A DNA stretch of 64,000 bases from contig OY970303.1 in assembly GCA_963716255.1 (NCBI GenBank), positions 384,001 through 448,000 on the forward strand, in the 5' to 3' direction. Source of the DNA: an uncultured Gemmatimonadales bacterium. Lineage in GTDB: Bacteria > Gemmatimonadota > Gemmatimonadetes > Longimicrobiales > Longimicrobiaceae. Position numbers and translations under genes: made by a program. Under the pieces are notes generated by a model that saw only the letters and a list, made by a program, of their open reading frames with translations, did no database searches and was not told the origin of the DNA. Positions 35,966 through 45,883 of the stretch are shown piece after piece. Position 1 is the first letter of the stretch, and every line of letters begins with the position of its first letter.

Positions 35966-38272
35966 CTACTTCCGGGTGATGCGCATGCCGTTGGGAGCGA
36001 CGCCCGGCTTCACCTCGGCCGGCTTCGGCGCCTCGCGGGCGGCGGGCGCCGCCCCCCGCCGCTCGTCGCGGCCGCCGCCCCGGGGGCGCTCCTCGCGGCG
36101 GGACGCGCTGCCGCCTCCGCCTCCCCCGCCGCTCCCCCGCCCCGCCCCCGACTTCATGCTCAGCGCGATGCGGTTGCGCGGCACGTCCACCGAGAGCACC
36201 CGAACCGTCACCCGGTCGCCCACCTTCGCCACCTCGTTGGGGTCGCGCACGAAGCGGTCCGACATCTCGGACACGTGCACCAGCCCGTCCTGGTGGACGC
36301 CCACGTCCACGAACGCCCCGAAGGCCACCACGTTGGTGATCGTCCCCTGGAGCGTCATCCCCTCCCTGAGGTCGGCCACCTTCTGCACGTCGTCGCGGAA
36401 GGCCGGCGCCTCGAAGGCGCTGCGCGGATCGCGCCCCGGCTTCTTCAGCTCGGCGACGATGTCCTCCAGCGTGGGGAGCCCCACCCCGTCGCCCACGTAC
36501 CTGCGCGGCTCGATGCGGCGGATGGCCTCCTCGTTCCCCACCAGCGAGTCCAGCCCCACCCCCAGGTCGCGGGCGATGGCCTCCACCAGCGCATAGCGCT
36601 CCGGGTGCACCGCGGAGCCGTCCAGCGGGTGCTCGCCGCCACGCACGCGCAGGAAGCCGACCGCCTGCTCGAAGGTCCGCGGCCCCAGCCCCGGGACCCT
36701 GAGGATCTGCCTGCGCGAGCGGAAGGCCCCCTCCCGGTCGCGCGTCTCGGCGATGCGCTGCGCCACCGAGGGCCCGATCCCCGCCACGTAGGCCAGGAGC
36801 GAGGGCGAGGCGGTGTTGACCTCCACCCCCACCCGGTTCACACAGCTCTCCACCGTCTCGTCCAGCCGCCGCTTGAGCCGCGTCTGCGACACGTCGTGCT
36901 GGTACTGTCCCACCCCGATGGACTTGGGGTCGATCTTGACCAGCTCCGCCAGCGGGTCCTGGAGCCGCCGCGCGATGGACACCGCCGAGCGCAGGGTGAG
37001 GTCCAGCTCCGGGAACTCCTCGCGCGCCAGGTCGGACGCCGAGTACACCGAGGCGCCCGCCTCGTTGACCATCACCACCGTCGGCCGCTGTTCGGCCGGC
37101 AGCTCGCGCACGGTCTCGCGCAGCAGCGCGTCCGTCTCGCGGCTGGCCGTGCCGTTCCCCACCGCCACCAGCTCTACCGAGTGCTCGCGGATCATGCGCG
37201 CGAGGTCCTTCCGGGCGCGGTCCTCCTGGTGGAGGTACACGTGCCCGGTGGCGAGCAGCGAGCCGGTGCGGCTCACCACCGCGAGCTTGCAGCCGGTCCG
37301 GTACCCGGGATCGACTCCCAGCACCGTCTTCTCCCCCGCGGGCGACGACAGCAGCAGCGCCTCAAGGTTCTGCCCGAAGATGAGGATGGCCTCCTCGTCC
37401 GCGCGCGTCTTCAGCTCCATGCGCAGCTCCACCTCCACCGAGGCGGCGATCAGCCGGCGGTACGCGTCCTCCACGGCGGCGCGCATCTGCTCCGGCGCGC
37501 GCGACGGGGCCACGAAGCGCTGCGCCAGCCCCGCCGCGATCTCCTCCTCCGGCGCCACCACCCGGGCCACCAGGAACTCCTCCGCCTCGCCGCGGCGGAC
37601 CGCCAGCACGCGGTGCCCGGGGAGGTCCCGGATGGGCTGCGAGAAGTCGTAGTAGTCCTGGAACTTGGAGGTTTCCTTCTCCCTGCCGCGCGCCGCCCGG
37701 CTTTCCAGCACGCCGCGCTCGCGGGTGCGCTCGCGCACGAACGCCCGCGCCGCCGCGTCGTCCGCCACGCGCTCCGCGACGATGTCGCGCGCCCCCGCCA
37801 GCGCGTCCTCGGCGGAGCCTACCTCCCTCGCCGGGTCCACGAAATTCGCCGCGGCCGCCCGCAGCTCCGCGTCCGTCGTCGCGCCCGCCCACAGCAGCTC
37901 CGCCAGCGGCTCCAGGCCGCGCTCCGCGGCGATGGTGGCCCGCGTGCGGCGCTTGGGCTTGTACGGGCGGTACAGGTCCTCCAGCGCCGACTTGGTGTCC
38001 GCGCGCTCCATGGCGGCGCGCAGCTCCGGCGTCAGCTTCCCCTGCTCCTCCACCGACTGGAGGATGGCGCGGCGCCGCTCGTCCAGCTCGCCCAGGTACT
38101 CGTGGCGGTCGCGGACGTCGCGGATCTGCACCTCGTCCAGCTCGCCCGTGGCTTCCTTGCGGTAGCGGGCGACGAAGGGGATGGTGTTCCCCTCCAGCAG
38201 GAGATCCAGCGCGGCGCGCACCTGGTTGACGCGGAGTCCAAGCTCGGCGGCGATCTTTTCAGCGTACGGCAT
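35966..38272 (-). CDS. tex: Tex-family RNA-binding transcription accessory protein
   Basis: TIPFVARYRKEATGELDEVQI, DPGYRTGCK, GASVYSAS, IGVGQYQHDV, C-terminal S1 domain. Confidence 0.96.
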   Translation of the reverse strand: MPYAEKIAAELGLRVNQVRAALDLLLEGNTIPFVARYRKEATGELDEVQIRDVRDRHEYLGELDERRRAILQSVEEQGKLTPELRAAMERADTKSALEDLYRPYKPKRRTRATIAAERGLEPLAELLWAGATTDAELRAAAANFVDPAREVGSAEDALAGARDIVAERVADDAAARAFVRERTRERGVLESRAARGREKETSKFQDYYDFSQPIRDLPGHRVLAVRRGEAEEFLVARVVAPEEEIAAGLAQRFVAPSRAPEQMRAAVEDAYRRLIAASVEVELRMELKTRADEEAILIFGQNLEALLLSSPAGEKTVLGVDPGYRTGCKLAVVSRTGSLLATGHVYLHQEDRARKDLARMIREHSVELVAVGNGTASRETDALLRETVRELPAEQRPTVVMVNEAGASVYSASDLAREEFPELDLTLRSAVSIARRLQDPLAELVKIDPKSIGVGQYQHDVSQTRLKRRLDETVESCVNRVGVEVNTASPSLLAYVAGIGPSVAQRIAETRDREGAFRSRRQILRVPGLGPRTFEQAVGFLRVRGGEHPLDGSAVHPERYALVEAIARDLGVGLDSLVGNEEAIRRIEPRRYVGDGVGLPTLEDIVAELKKPGRDPRSAFEAPAFRDDVQKVADLREGMTLQGTITNVVAFGAFVDVGVHQDGLVHVSEMSDRFVRDPNEVAKVGDRVTVRVLSVDVPRNRIALSMKSGAGRGSGGGGGGGSASRREERPRGGGRDERRGAAPAAREAPKPAEVKPGVAPNGMRITRK

Positions 38273-38312
38273 CGGTTGAATCTGAACGTTGAGCGAACCG
38301 CCCTGTCGACGG

Positions 38313-38452
38313 CGGGTTCGGGCGTGCCCCCGGCTGGCGCCGGGGTCGGGCTTCGGCTCCGTAACGCAGCAAACAACGCTGCGTAACGGAGTCGAGCCCC
38401 CGCGAAACTACCCGCGGGGTCTCGCCCCTTCGGGCCGGAATCCCTCACGCGG
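38313..38452 (-). repeat. R1 copy 5
   Basis: Reverse-complement match. Confidence 0.9.
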
Positions 38453-38595
38453 GGCTCGCGCCGGGGGCAGCTACGACAAGTTAATCGGAGAGATCGAAGG
38501 AAGGCAGACTGGACAACCGGCAGACCCGTCGCACGAGGCCGGCACGCCGCGAACCGCCGTCGCAGTTGCAGGCTGTTCCCTGTTCCCTGCCGTCC

Positions 38596-39018
38596 TCAGT
38601 CCTCCGCCGCCGTGTTGAGCGCGTGGTGGTGCGTCCCGTACCAGGCCCCGAAGACCGCGGCCGCGATCTGGAGGAGGAGGGTCGCCGCGGCGACGGTGGG
38701 GTTGAGGCCCGTCCACTCCGCCGCGTCGACCGCCTGGGCGAGCAGGTTGGCGAGAAACCACACCACCAGCGAGAACAGGCCGATCCCCACCCCGTGCAGC
38801 ACCGGGGCCTCCCCCGTGCGCCACCCCACCAGCCACCCCCCGCAGAAGAACCCCACCAGCACCGCCAGGAGCACCCACCCGTTCCCGGAGTCAGCCGCGG
38901 GGTGGACGAGCCCCACGGCGGACATCCCCACCAGCGCCAGCCCCGTGACCGCGGCGGCGGCGAACCAGCCGAAGGCGACCCACGACGGGCGGACGTTCTG
39001 GAGGTGCTCGGTCTGCAT
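38596..39018 (-). CDS. Hypothetical 4-TM membrane protein
   Basis: Four hydrophobic segments, 4 nt downstream of rnhB. Confidence 0.75.
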   Translation of the reverse strand: MQTEHLQNVRPSWVAFGWFAAAAVTGLALVGMSAVGLVHPAADSGNGWVLLAVLVGFFCGGWLVGWRTGEAPVLHGVGIGLFSLVVWFLANLLAQAVDAAEWTGLNPTVAAATLLLQIAAAVFGAWYGTHHHALNTAAED

Positions 39019-39022
39019 GGGG

Positions 39023-39676
39023 TCAGCGTCCGTTCAGGGTGAGCTGCACCGGCGCGAAGGAGCGCCGGTGGTGCGGCGTGGGGCCCAGGCGCGCGAGCGC
39101 GTCCAGGTGCTCCGGGGTGCCGTACCCCTTGTTGCGCTCCCACCCGTAGCCGGGGTAGCGCGTCGCCAGGCGGGTCATCAGCCGGTCGCGTACCACCTTG
39201 GCGAGGATGGACGCGCAGGAGATACAGTGCACCAGCCGGTCGCCCTCCACCACCGCCGTGTGCGTGTCCGGCCCCAGCTCCTTCACCGGCAGCCCGTCCA
39301 CCAGCAGGTGGTCCGGCCGCACCGGGAGCCGCGCCACGGCACGCTGCATGGCGAGTGCCGTCGCGCGGCGGATGTTGATGGCGTCGATCTCGCGCGCCGA
39401 GGCGGCGCCCACCCCGAAGGCCACGGCGCACGCGCAGATCTCCTCCACCAGCTCCACGCGCCGCTCCGCCGCCAGACGCTTGCTGTCGTCCGCCCCGTCC
39501 ACGCACCTCCCCTCCGGCAGGATCACCGCGGCGGCCACCACCGGCCCGGCGAGCGGCCCCCGCCCCACCTCGTCCACCCCGGCCAGCACGGAAACGCCGC
39601 GGCTCCAGAACCCGCGCTCGATGGAGAGCCGGTCCCGGAGCCGTTCGTCGTCACCTGCCGACGCCTTTCTAGCCAT
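39023..39676 (-). CDS. rnhB: Ribonuclease HII
   Basis: AGVDEVGRGPLAGPVVAAAV, DDSKRL, ASILAKV.RD, NKGYGT. Confidence 0.96.
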   Translation of the reverse strand: MARKASAGDDERLRDRLSIERGFWSRGVSVLAGVDEVGRGPLAGPVVAAAVILPEGRCVDGADDSKRLAAERRVELVEEICACAVAFGVGAASAREIDAINIRRATALAMQRAVARLPVRPDHLLVDGLPVKELGPDTHTAVVEGDRLVHCISCASILAKVVRDRLMTRLATRYPGYGWERNKGYGTPEHLDALARLGPTPHHRRSFAPVQLTLNGR

Positions 39677-39720
39677 CGAGCCGTTGCCGTTTGTCGACCC
39701 CGGCAGGATGCCACGGCGAA

Positions 39721-39824
39721 GGAAAATCGCGTGAATCAAGGCGGAGCCGAGGAGCGACCGAAACGTACTTCATGTACGTCGCAGGGAGCCCCGCAGGCGA
39801 CAACGCAGAGTCACGCGATTTTCC
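39721..39824. repeat. Long imperfect hairpin element with 14-bp terminal inverted repeats
   Basis: GGAAAATCGCGTGA...TCACGCGATTTTCC, with central CGTAC-TTCAT-GTACG. Confidence 0.7.
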
Positions 39825-39836
39825 GAGCCGCTCACA

Positions 39837-41035
39837 CTAGTGGGGCACCACGAGTGAGTTGATGGGGTATCCTTCGGCTTTGGGTACGCAGTTGTACAGG
39901 AGCCGAAGGATGACGAAGCGGTACAAGGTGAAGCTGACGGAGCAGGAGCGCAGCGATCTGCTTGTGCTCACGCGCAAGGGGAAGGCAAGCGCGCGGCGGA
40001 TCAAACGCGCTCTGGTGGTGCTGCGCTCCGACGAGGGTGCCACGGACGAGCAGATCGTCGCGGGCGTGGGCGTCGGGGTCGCTACGGTGGAGCGCATCCG
40101 CAAGCGCTTCGTGGAAGAAGGGCTGGAGGCGGCTCTCTCAGAGAAACCCCGCCCGCCGATGCCGCCGAAGCTGACAGGCAAAGCGGAGGCCCTGCTCCTG
40201 GCGCTGGCCTGCAGCGACGTGCCTGGTGGGCGCGCCCGCTGGAGCATGCAGATGCTCGCGGACCGGCTGGTGGAACTGGGGGCGGTGGACTCGATCTCGG
40301 ATGAGACGGTGCGCCGCACGCTCAAAAAAGCAAGACGAAGCCGTGGCAGCGCCAGCAGTGGCTGATCCCGGAGATCACGGCCGAATTCGTCTGGCGGATG
40401 GAGGACGTGCTCGACCTGTATGCAGAGCCGAACGACCCGAAGCGGCCGCGTGTGGCCTTTGACGAGATGCCTCTGCAACTTCTGTCCGAGGTGCGCATGC
40501 CGCTGCCGGCGCGACCGGGGCAGGCCGAGCGGTTCGACTACGAGTACCGGCGCGAAGGCACGTGCAACCTCTTCCTCTTCTTCAGCCCCGACACCGCCTG
40601 GCGAGAGGTCAAGGTCACGCAGCGGCGCACCGCGATCGACTTCGCCCACTGCATGCGGGATCTGGTGGACGTGCATTTTCCGGAGGCGGAGAAGGTCCGC
40701 GTGGTGCTGGACAACCTGAACACGCACACGCCGGCCTCGCTCTACCAGGCGTTCGCGCCCGAGGAAGCAAGCCGGATCGCAAAGCGCCTGGAGTTGCACC
40801 ACACGCCCAAGCATGCAAGCTGGTTGAACATGGCCGAGGTGGAGTTCTCCGTGCTCGGCACTCAATGCTTGGACCGGCGCCTGCCCAGCATGGAAGTCGT
40901 GCAGCGTGAAACCGCCGTCTGGTGCCGCGACCGCAACGGCAGCAAGGCCACGATTCAGTGGCGTTTCACAACCGCCAAGGCTCGGGAGAAGTTCTCCTCC
41001 CGATACCCATCACCTCAGCCGGGGTGATCCACTAG
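39837..41035 (+). mobile_element. IS630-family insertion sequence
   Basis: CTAG at both ends (39837-40, 41032-35), terminal IR CTAGTGGGGCACC / GGTGATCCACTAG, two overlapping transposase ORFs. Confidence 0.92.
39910..41027 (+). CDS. IS630 transposase: orfA 39910-40365 and orfB to 41027, joined by a -1 frameshift
   Basis: HTH orfA, slippery C-AAAAAA-G at 40323-40330, orfB DDE motifs AFDE, VLDNLNTH, HASWLNMAEVE. Confidence 0.9.
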
Positions 41036-41379
41036 CGGGTGCGGAGCTCCTTGATTCGCGCCGCCTTGCCGCGGAGGGCGCGCAGGTAGTACAGCTTCGC
41101 CCGGCGCACGCGGCCCTGACGGACCACGTCGATGGTGGCGATCATGGGGGAGTGCAGCGGAAAGGTGCGCTCCACGCCGATGCCGTTGGAGATCTTGCGG
41201 ACCTTGAAGGTCTCCGAGATCCCGCCGTGCTTGCGGGCGATGCAGACGCCCTCGAAGGCCTGGATCCGCTCCTTTTCGCCCTCGCGGACGCGGACGTTGA
41301 CGCGGAGCGTGTCCCCCGGACGGAACTGGGGGAGGTCGGTCCGCATGTACTCCTGCTGGGTCTCGATGAACGGGTGCAT
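41032..41379 (-). CDS. rplS: 50S ribosomal protein L19
   Basis: [34 protein letters not shown]. Confidence 0.98.
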   Translation of the reverse strand: MHPFIETQQEYMRTDLPQFRPGDTLRVNVRVREGEKERIQAFEGVCIARKHGGISETFKVRKISNGIGVERTFPLHSPMIATIDVVRQGRVRRAKLYYLRALRGKAARIKELRTR

Positions 41380-41458
41380 TGTGTCGCCCTTGGTGTTCTG
41401 AAAAGTGGAGAGGTTGAGCCGGCCGCCCACCGGGTCCGCGGGGGCACGACGCCCAACG

Positions 41459-42157
41459 TCAACTGTGCTCGTGGCGCTCCCACAGGTCGGGGCGCCGCTC
41501 GCGCGTGAGGCGCTCGGCCTGCTCGCGCTTCCAGGCCATGATCCTGGCGTGGTCCCCCGAGAGCAGCACCTCGGGGACCTTCATCCCGCGAAACTCCGCG
41601 GGCCGCGTGTACGAGGGCGGACTGAGCAGCCCCTCGTAGAATGAATCGGTGGACGCGGACTCGTGGTCCGACATCGCGCCGGGGAGGAGGCGGACCACGG
41701 CGTCCACGATCGCCAGCGCCGCGAACTCGCCGCCGGACAGGACGAAGTCCCCAAGGGAAACTTCCTCCGCGCCCAGCCCCTCCGGGACGCGCTGGTCCAC
41801 GTCCTTGTAGTGCCCGCACAGGAGCGTGAGCTCCGGCTCCAGCGACAGGCGGACCGCGTCGTCGTGCGTGAACCGCTTCCCCCGGGCCGACATCAGGAGG
41901 ACCTTCCCCCCCGGCCGGCCCGCTCCCGGGGCGGCGATCGACTCCACCGCCTCGAAGAAGGGGGCGGGCTTCATCACCATCCCCGAGCCGCCGCCGAACG
42001 GGTAGTCGTCCGTGGTGCGGTGCCGGTCGTGGGTGAAGTCCCGCAGGTCCACGTAGTCGTACTCCACCAGCCCCGCCGCCGCGGCCCGCGCGGGAATGCT
42101 GAGCCCCAGCGGCCCCCGGAAGAACTCCGGGAAGAGCGTGACCAGGTGGATCCGCAT
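41459..42157 (-). CDS. trmD: tRNA (guanine-N1)-methyltransferase
   Basis: [44 protein letters not shown]. Confidence 0.97.
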   Translation of the reverse strand: MRIHLVTLFPEFFRGPLGLSIPARAAAAGLVEYDYVDLRDFTHDRHRTTDDYPFGGGSGMVMKPAPFFEAVESIAAPGAGRPGGKVLLMSARGKRFTHDDAVRLSLEPELTLLCGHYKDVDQRVPEGLGAEEVSLGDFVLSGGEFAALAIVDAVVRLLPGAMSDHESASTDSFYEGLLSPPSYTRPAEFRGMKVPEVLLSGDHARIMAWKREQAERLTRERRPDLWERHEHS

Positions 42158-42693
42158 CAGAGCTCCAGCAGGCCGGCCGGCGGGTCGATCTCCAGCTCGC
42201 GCCCCTCCACGTCCACGCGGCGGATCATCTCCGCGACGAAGGGGAGCATCAGCTCCCGCTTGCCGCGGCGCTCCACCGCCAGCATGTGCCCGGAAGGCGT
42301 CTCGTAGACGTCGCGCACCCGGCCTACCTCCTCCTCCCCGGCAATCACCCGCATCCCGACGAGGTGGTGGAAGAACACCTCCCCCTCGTCCAGCGGGGCG
42401 GCCTCCGAGGCCGGGATCAGCAGCGAGCGGCCGCGCAGCGCCTCCACCTCCGGCGTCAGCGAGGTGATCCCCGCCACCCTGAGGAGGAACCCGCCCTTGA
42501 AGGGGCGGGCCCGCTCCACCGTAATCGAGCCCCCGTCCGGCCTGCCCGCCGCGTCCCCCAGCAGGAGGACGCGCCCGGGGATGAAGACCGCGTCGGGACG
42601 GTCGGTCTCCACCCGGACGGACAGCTCACCCCGGATCCCGTGCGGCTTCTGGACCGTGCCGACCGCCAGGAACTCCGTCTCGCTCCCCGACAT
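42157..42693 (-). CDS. rimM: 16S rRNA processing protein RimM
   Basis: VGTVQKPHGIRGE, PRC barrel LPFV...VD; conserved operon position. Confidence 0.95.
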   Translation of the reverse strand: MSGSETEFLAVGTVQKPHGIRGELSVRVETDRPDAVFIPGRVLLLGDAAGRPDGGSITVERARPFKGGFLLRVAGITSLTPEVEALRGRSLLIPASEAAPLDEGEVFFHHLVGMRVIAGEEEVGRVRDVYETPSGHMLAVERRGKRELMLPFVAEMIRRVDVEGRELEIDPPAGLLEL

Positions 42694-42716
42694 GGGGCGC
42701 TGCCCGGGCGCGGGGC

Positions 42717-43412
42717 TCAGCCCTGCGGCTGCTCGCCCTCGGCCTCGGCCGGGGCGGCCTCACCCTCGGCCTCGGCCGGGGCGGCCTCACCCTCGGCCTC
42801 CACCGGGGCGGCCTCGCCCTCGGCGGGCGCGGCGTCGGCCTCGGCGGGAGCAGCTTCGGCTTCGGCCTCGGCGGGAGCGGTCTCGGTCTCCGTCACGGCG
42901 GGGGCAGCCTCGGCCTCGGTCTCGGCGCCGCCCGTCATGCGCTCGGCGACCGCGCCGGCGGCGTCACGCACCGCCTCGACCACCGTGGAGGCCGCGCTGG
43001 TGGCGGTCTCCGCGACCGTGGAAGCCACGCTGGAAGCGGTCCCGGCGACGGCGGCGACCGCCGCGCTGGCCGTCTCCGCCACCTTGCCGGCCGCGCCCTT
43101 CACGGCGCCGGCGGCCTTGGAGGCCACCCCGCCCGCGGCGGCCACGGCGTCCTCGACCGCCGACGGCTCCTTGTAGACGCCCGCCTGCTTGAAGAGCGAC
43201 TGCACGGTGTCGGTGGGCATGGCGCCCTTGCCGATCCACGCGAGCGCCTTGTCCCGGTCCACGACCAGGGTGGCGGGGTTGGTGGTCGGGTTGTAGTGCC
43301 CCACGTTGGCCACGAAGCGGCCGTCGCGCGGGAAGCTGCTCTCCGCGACCACGATGCGGTAGTGCGGGGCCTTCTTACGGCCCATGCGGCGAAGACGGAT
43401 CTTCAGCGCCAT
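42717..43412 (-). CDS. rpsP: 30S ribosomal protein S16 with long C-terminal extension
   Basis: [31 protein letters not shown]...GHYNP, plus ~145 aa Ala/Glu-rich tail. Confidence 0.96.
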   Translation of the reverse strand: MALKIRLRRMGRKKAPHYRIVVAESSFPRDGRFVANVGHYNPTTNPATLVVDRDKALAWIGKGAMPTDTVQSLFKQAGVYKEPSAVEDAVAAAGGVASKAAGAVKGAAGKVAETASAAVAAVAGTASSVASTVAETATSAASTVVEAVRDAAGAVAERMTGGAETEAEAAPAVTETETAPAEAEAEAAPAEADAAPAEGEAAPVEAEGEAAPAEAEGEAAPAEAEGEQPQG

Positions 43413-43569
43413 TCCTGACTCCTGGTGTTGAACGGGTGGCGTCCAGCGCCGCCGGCTCCATGGCCGGCCCGGGTCGCGCGGACGATCGGCGGAGCGCGAA
43501 GCGCCCCGGTGCGGGGACACAGTCCCCAACTTCTCTTCCTGCCGTTTCTCCTTGCCCCCATCGAGCCGA

Positions 43570-44931
43570 CTACCGGCCGAAGGGCATTCCGCCGCCAAAC
43601 GGCATCTTCGGCATCCCTCCCTTGGGCATCATCCCCTGGAGGGCCTTCATCTGCTTCATCAGCTTCTGCATGTCCTTGAACTGCGCCAGCAGGCGGTTGA
43701 TCTCCACCACCGGCCGGCCGCAGCCGCGGGAGATGCGGGCGCGGCGCGAGCCGTTCAGCATCTCCGGGCGCTTGCGCTCCTGGGCCGTCATGGACAGGAT
43801 GATCGCCTCCAGGTGCTTCATCCGCTGCGGATCCACCTTGACGTTCTTGAGCATCTTGGTGTTCACGCCGGGGATCATCTTCAGCAGGTTCTCCAGCGGG
43901 CCCAGGCTCTGGATCTGCCGCATGGCGACCAGGAAGTCGTCCAGGTCGAAGCGGCCGGAGCCCATCATCTTGCGCTCCAGCTTGGCCGCCTGGTCCGCGT
44001 CGAAGCTGGCCTGCGCCTTCTCCACCAGCGACAGCACGTCCCCCATCTGGAGGATGCGGCCCGCCATGCGCTCGGGGTGGAAGTCCTCCAGCCCGTCCAG
44101 CTTCTCGCCGACGCCCAGGAACTTGATGGGCTTGCCGGTGACCCCGTAGATGGAGAGCGCCGCGCCGCCGCGTGCGTCGCCGTCCATCTTGGTGAGCACC
44201 ACGCCGGTGACGTCCAGGGCGTCGTTGAAGCCCTGCGCGATGGTCACCGCCTCCTGGCCCGTCATGCCGTCCGCGACGAACAGGATCTCGGCGGGCTTCA
44301 GCACCTCCTTGAGGCGCTTCAGCTCGTCCATCATCTCCTCGTCGATCTGCAGACGCCCCGCGGTGTCGAAGATCACCACCCGGTCGCGCTCGCGGATCGC
44401 CGTTTCCAGCGCGCGGCGCGCGATCCCCAGCACGTCCGTGGAGCCCGGCTCCGCGTACACGGGGACGCCCACCTGCTCGCCCAGCGTCTGCAGCTGCTCC
44501 ACGGCGGCGGGGCGATACACGTCGGCGGCCACCAGGCGCGTCTGCCGCATCTCGCGCTTCATCTTGCGCGCGATCTTGCCGGCGGTGGTGGTCTTCCCGG
44601 AGCCCTGGAGCCCCACCATCATGATGACGGTGGGCGGCGTGGGGGCGATGGCGAGCGCCGCGCGCTTCTCGCCCAGCATGGCCGTCAGCTCCTCGTGCAC
44701 CACCTTGACGAGCTGCTGCCCGGGGCTCACCGCCTTGAGCACCCGCTCGCCGAGCGCCTTCTCCTCCACGCGCTTCATGAAGTCGCGCGTGATCTGGTAG
44801 TTGACGTCGGCTTCCAGGAGGACGCGCCGGATTTCCCGGAGCCCCTCGCGGATCATGGGTTCGGTGAGCACCCCCCGCTGGCGGAGGCCGCTGAGCACGC
44901 CTTCGAGCTTTTCGCTGAGCTGGTCGAACAC
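43570..44931 (-). CDS. ffh: Signal recognition particle protein
   Basis: GTG start [39 protein letters not shown], Met-rich M domain. Confidence 0.98.
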   Translation of the reverse strand: MFDQLSEKLEGVLSGLRQRGVLTEPMIREGLREIRRVLLEADVNYQITRDFMKRVEEKALGERVLKAVSPGQQLVKVVHEELTAMLGEKRAALAIAPTPPTVIMMVGLQGSGKTTTAGKIARKMKREMRQTRLVAADVYRPAAVEQLQTLGEQVGVPVYAEPGSTDVLGIARRALETAIRERDRVVIFDTAGRLQIDEEMMDELKRLKEVLKPAEILFVADGMTGQEAVTIAQGFNDALDVTGVVLTKMDGDARGGAALSIYGVTGKPIKFLGVGEKLDGLEDFHPERMAGRILQMGDVLSLVEKAQASFDADQAAKLERKMMGSGRFDLDDFLVAMRQIQSLGPLENLLKMIPGVNTKMLKNVKVDPQRMKHLEAIILSMTAQERKRPEMLNGSRRARISRGCGRPVVEINRLLAQFKDMQKLMKQMKALQGMMPKGGMPKMPFGGGMPFGR

Positions 44932-45019
44932 GGTGCCGTCGGGTACGCGGGATGGCGCATACGCCAAAGTCGGCGCCCGCCGGGTGTCTCAGCCCGGAGG
45001 CGCCGATGTGGAGCCGTCT

Positions 45020-45048
45020 AATATAGGCCAGCCGCGCGTTTCCTACAA
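45020..45048 (-). promoter_or_regulatory. Putative ffh operon promoter
   Basis: TTGTAG-17 nt-TATATT. Confidence 0.55.
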
Positions 45049-45082
45049 CCCTGGATGGTGGGGGATCTTCGGGAGGGAACTG

Positions 45083-45220
45083 CGGGTTCGGGCGTGCCCC
45101 CGGCTGGCGCCGGGGTCGGGCTTCGGCTCCGTAACGCAGCAAACAACGCTGCGTAACGGAGTCGAGCCCCCGCAAACAGCCGCGCGGTCTCGCCCCTTCG
45201 GGCCGAAATCCCTCACGCGG
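45083..45220 (-). repeat. R1 copy 6
   Basis: Reverse-complement match; hairpin identical to copy 5. Confidence 0.9.
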
Positions 45221-45233
45221 CATCGAGCTGGCG

Positions 45234-45752
45234 TCATCGGCAGTCGTGCACCTCGTCCTTGTCCACGAACCGCACGGCCCTCGCGGTGGCGGGGATGCGG
45301 ACGGCGTCCACCGGCTGGGTCAGCGCGCCGGTGACGGCGCACCCCGCGCCGGGTGAGCTCCTGCGGACGGTCGCGACGAGCTCGGAGCCGGTGTCGTACA
45401 CGGAGTCCACCACGACGCCGTGCCCGCCGCTCGACCGCTCGCCGAGCGCGGCCAGCAGCACGGTCTCGCGCGCAAAGTCGACGGCGGGGAGCGGCGGCTG
45501 CGGCGTGCGGGTCTGGTGGATCCTCGCCCACGCCTCGCGCCACTCGCCCTCGCTGCGCACCACCAGGCGCGCGGGAGCGGTGAAGCCGCTGTAGTATTCC
45601 AGGGCGCGTCCGCCGGTCCCGAAGCGGGTCACGGGGATGGGCGAGCCCTGCCCCTGCCGGTCCGCGCTCGCGTCGCCGCCGGTCAGCGAGGAGGAGGCGC
45701 AGCCGGCCAGACCGGCCGCGAGGGCGAGCGCCAGCACGAGAGTCCTGCGCAT
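45234..45752 (-). CDS. Lipoprotein with PrcB C-terminal-like domain
   Basis: MRRTLVLALALAAGLAG-C lipobox, PAVDF...LGERSSGGHGV, C.VTGALTQP. Confidence 0.8.
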   Translation of the reverse strand: MRRTLVLALALAAGLAGCASSSLTGGDASADRQGQGSPIPVTRFGTGGRALEYYSGFTAPARLVVRSEGEWREAWARIHQTRTPQPPLPAVDFARETVLLAALGERSSGGHGVVVDSVYDTGSELVATVRRSSPGAGCAVTGALTQPVDAVRIPATARAVRFVDKDEVHDCR

Positions 45753-45883
45753 GGGGTCCTCCGCGGATGAATAGGGTTCGGCGTGAAGCGGGGCGCCCCG
45801 CTTCACGGTGACGGTATACGTCCGGTACCCATGACAGCACGGCGCGGTCCACCGGGCGGACGCCGCCGGTCGGTGCCCGGGAA

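Noticed and set aside
40226..40462. IS630 as a frameshifted pseudogene or three-ORF element
   Set aside because: The orfA/orfB overlap at A6G fits programmed -1 frameshifting known in this family; the short third ORF is incidental.
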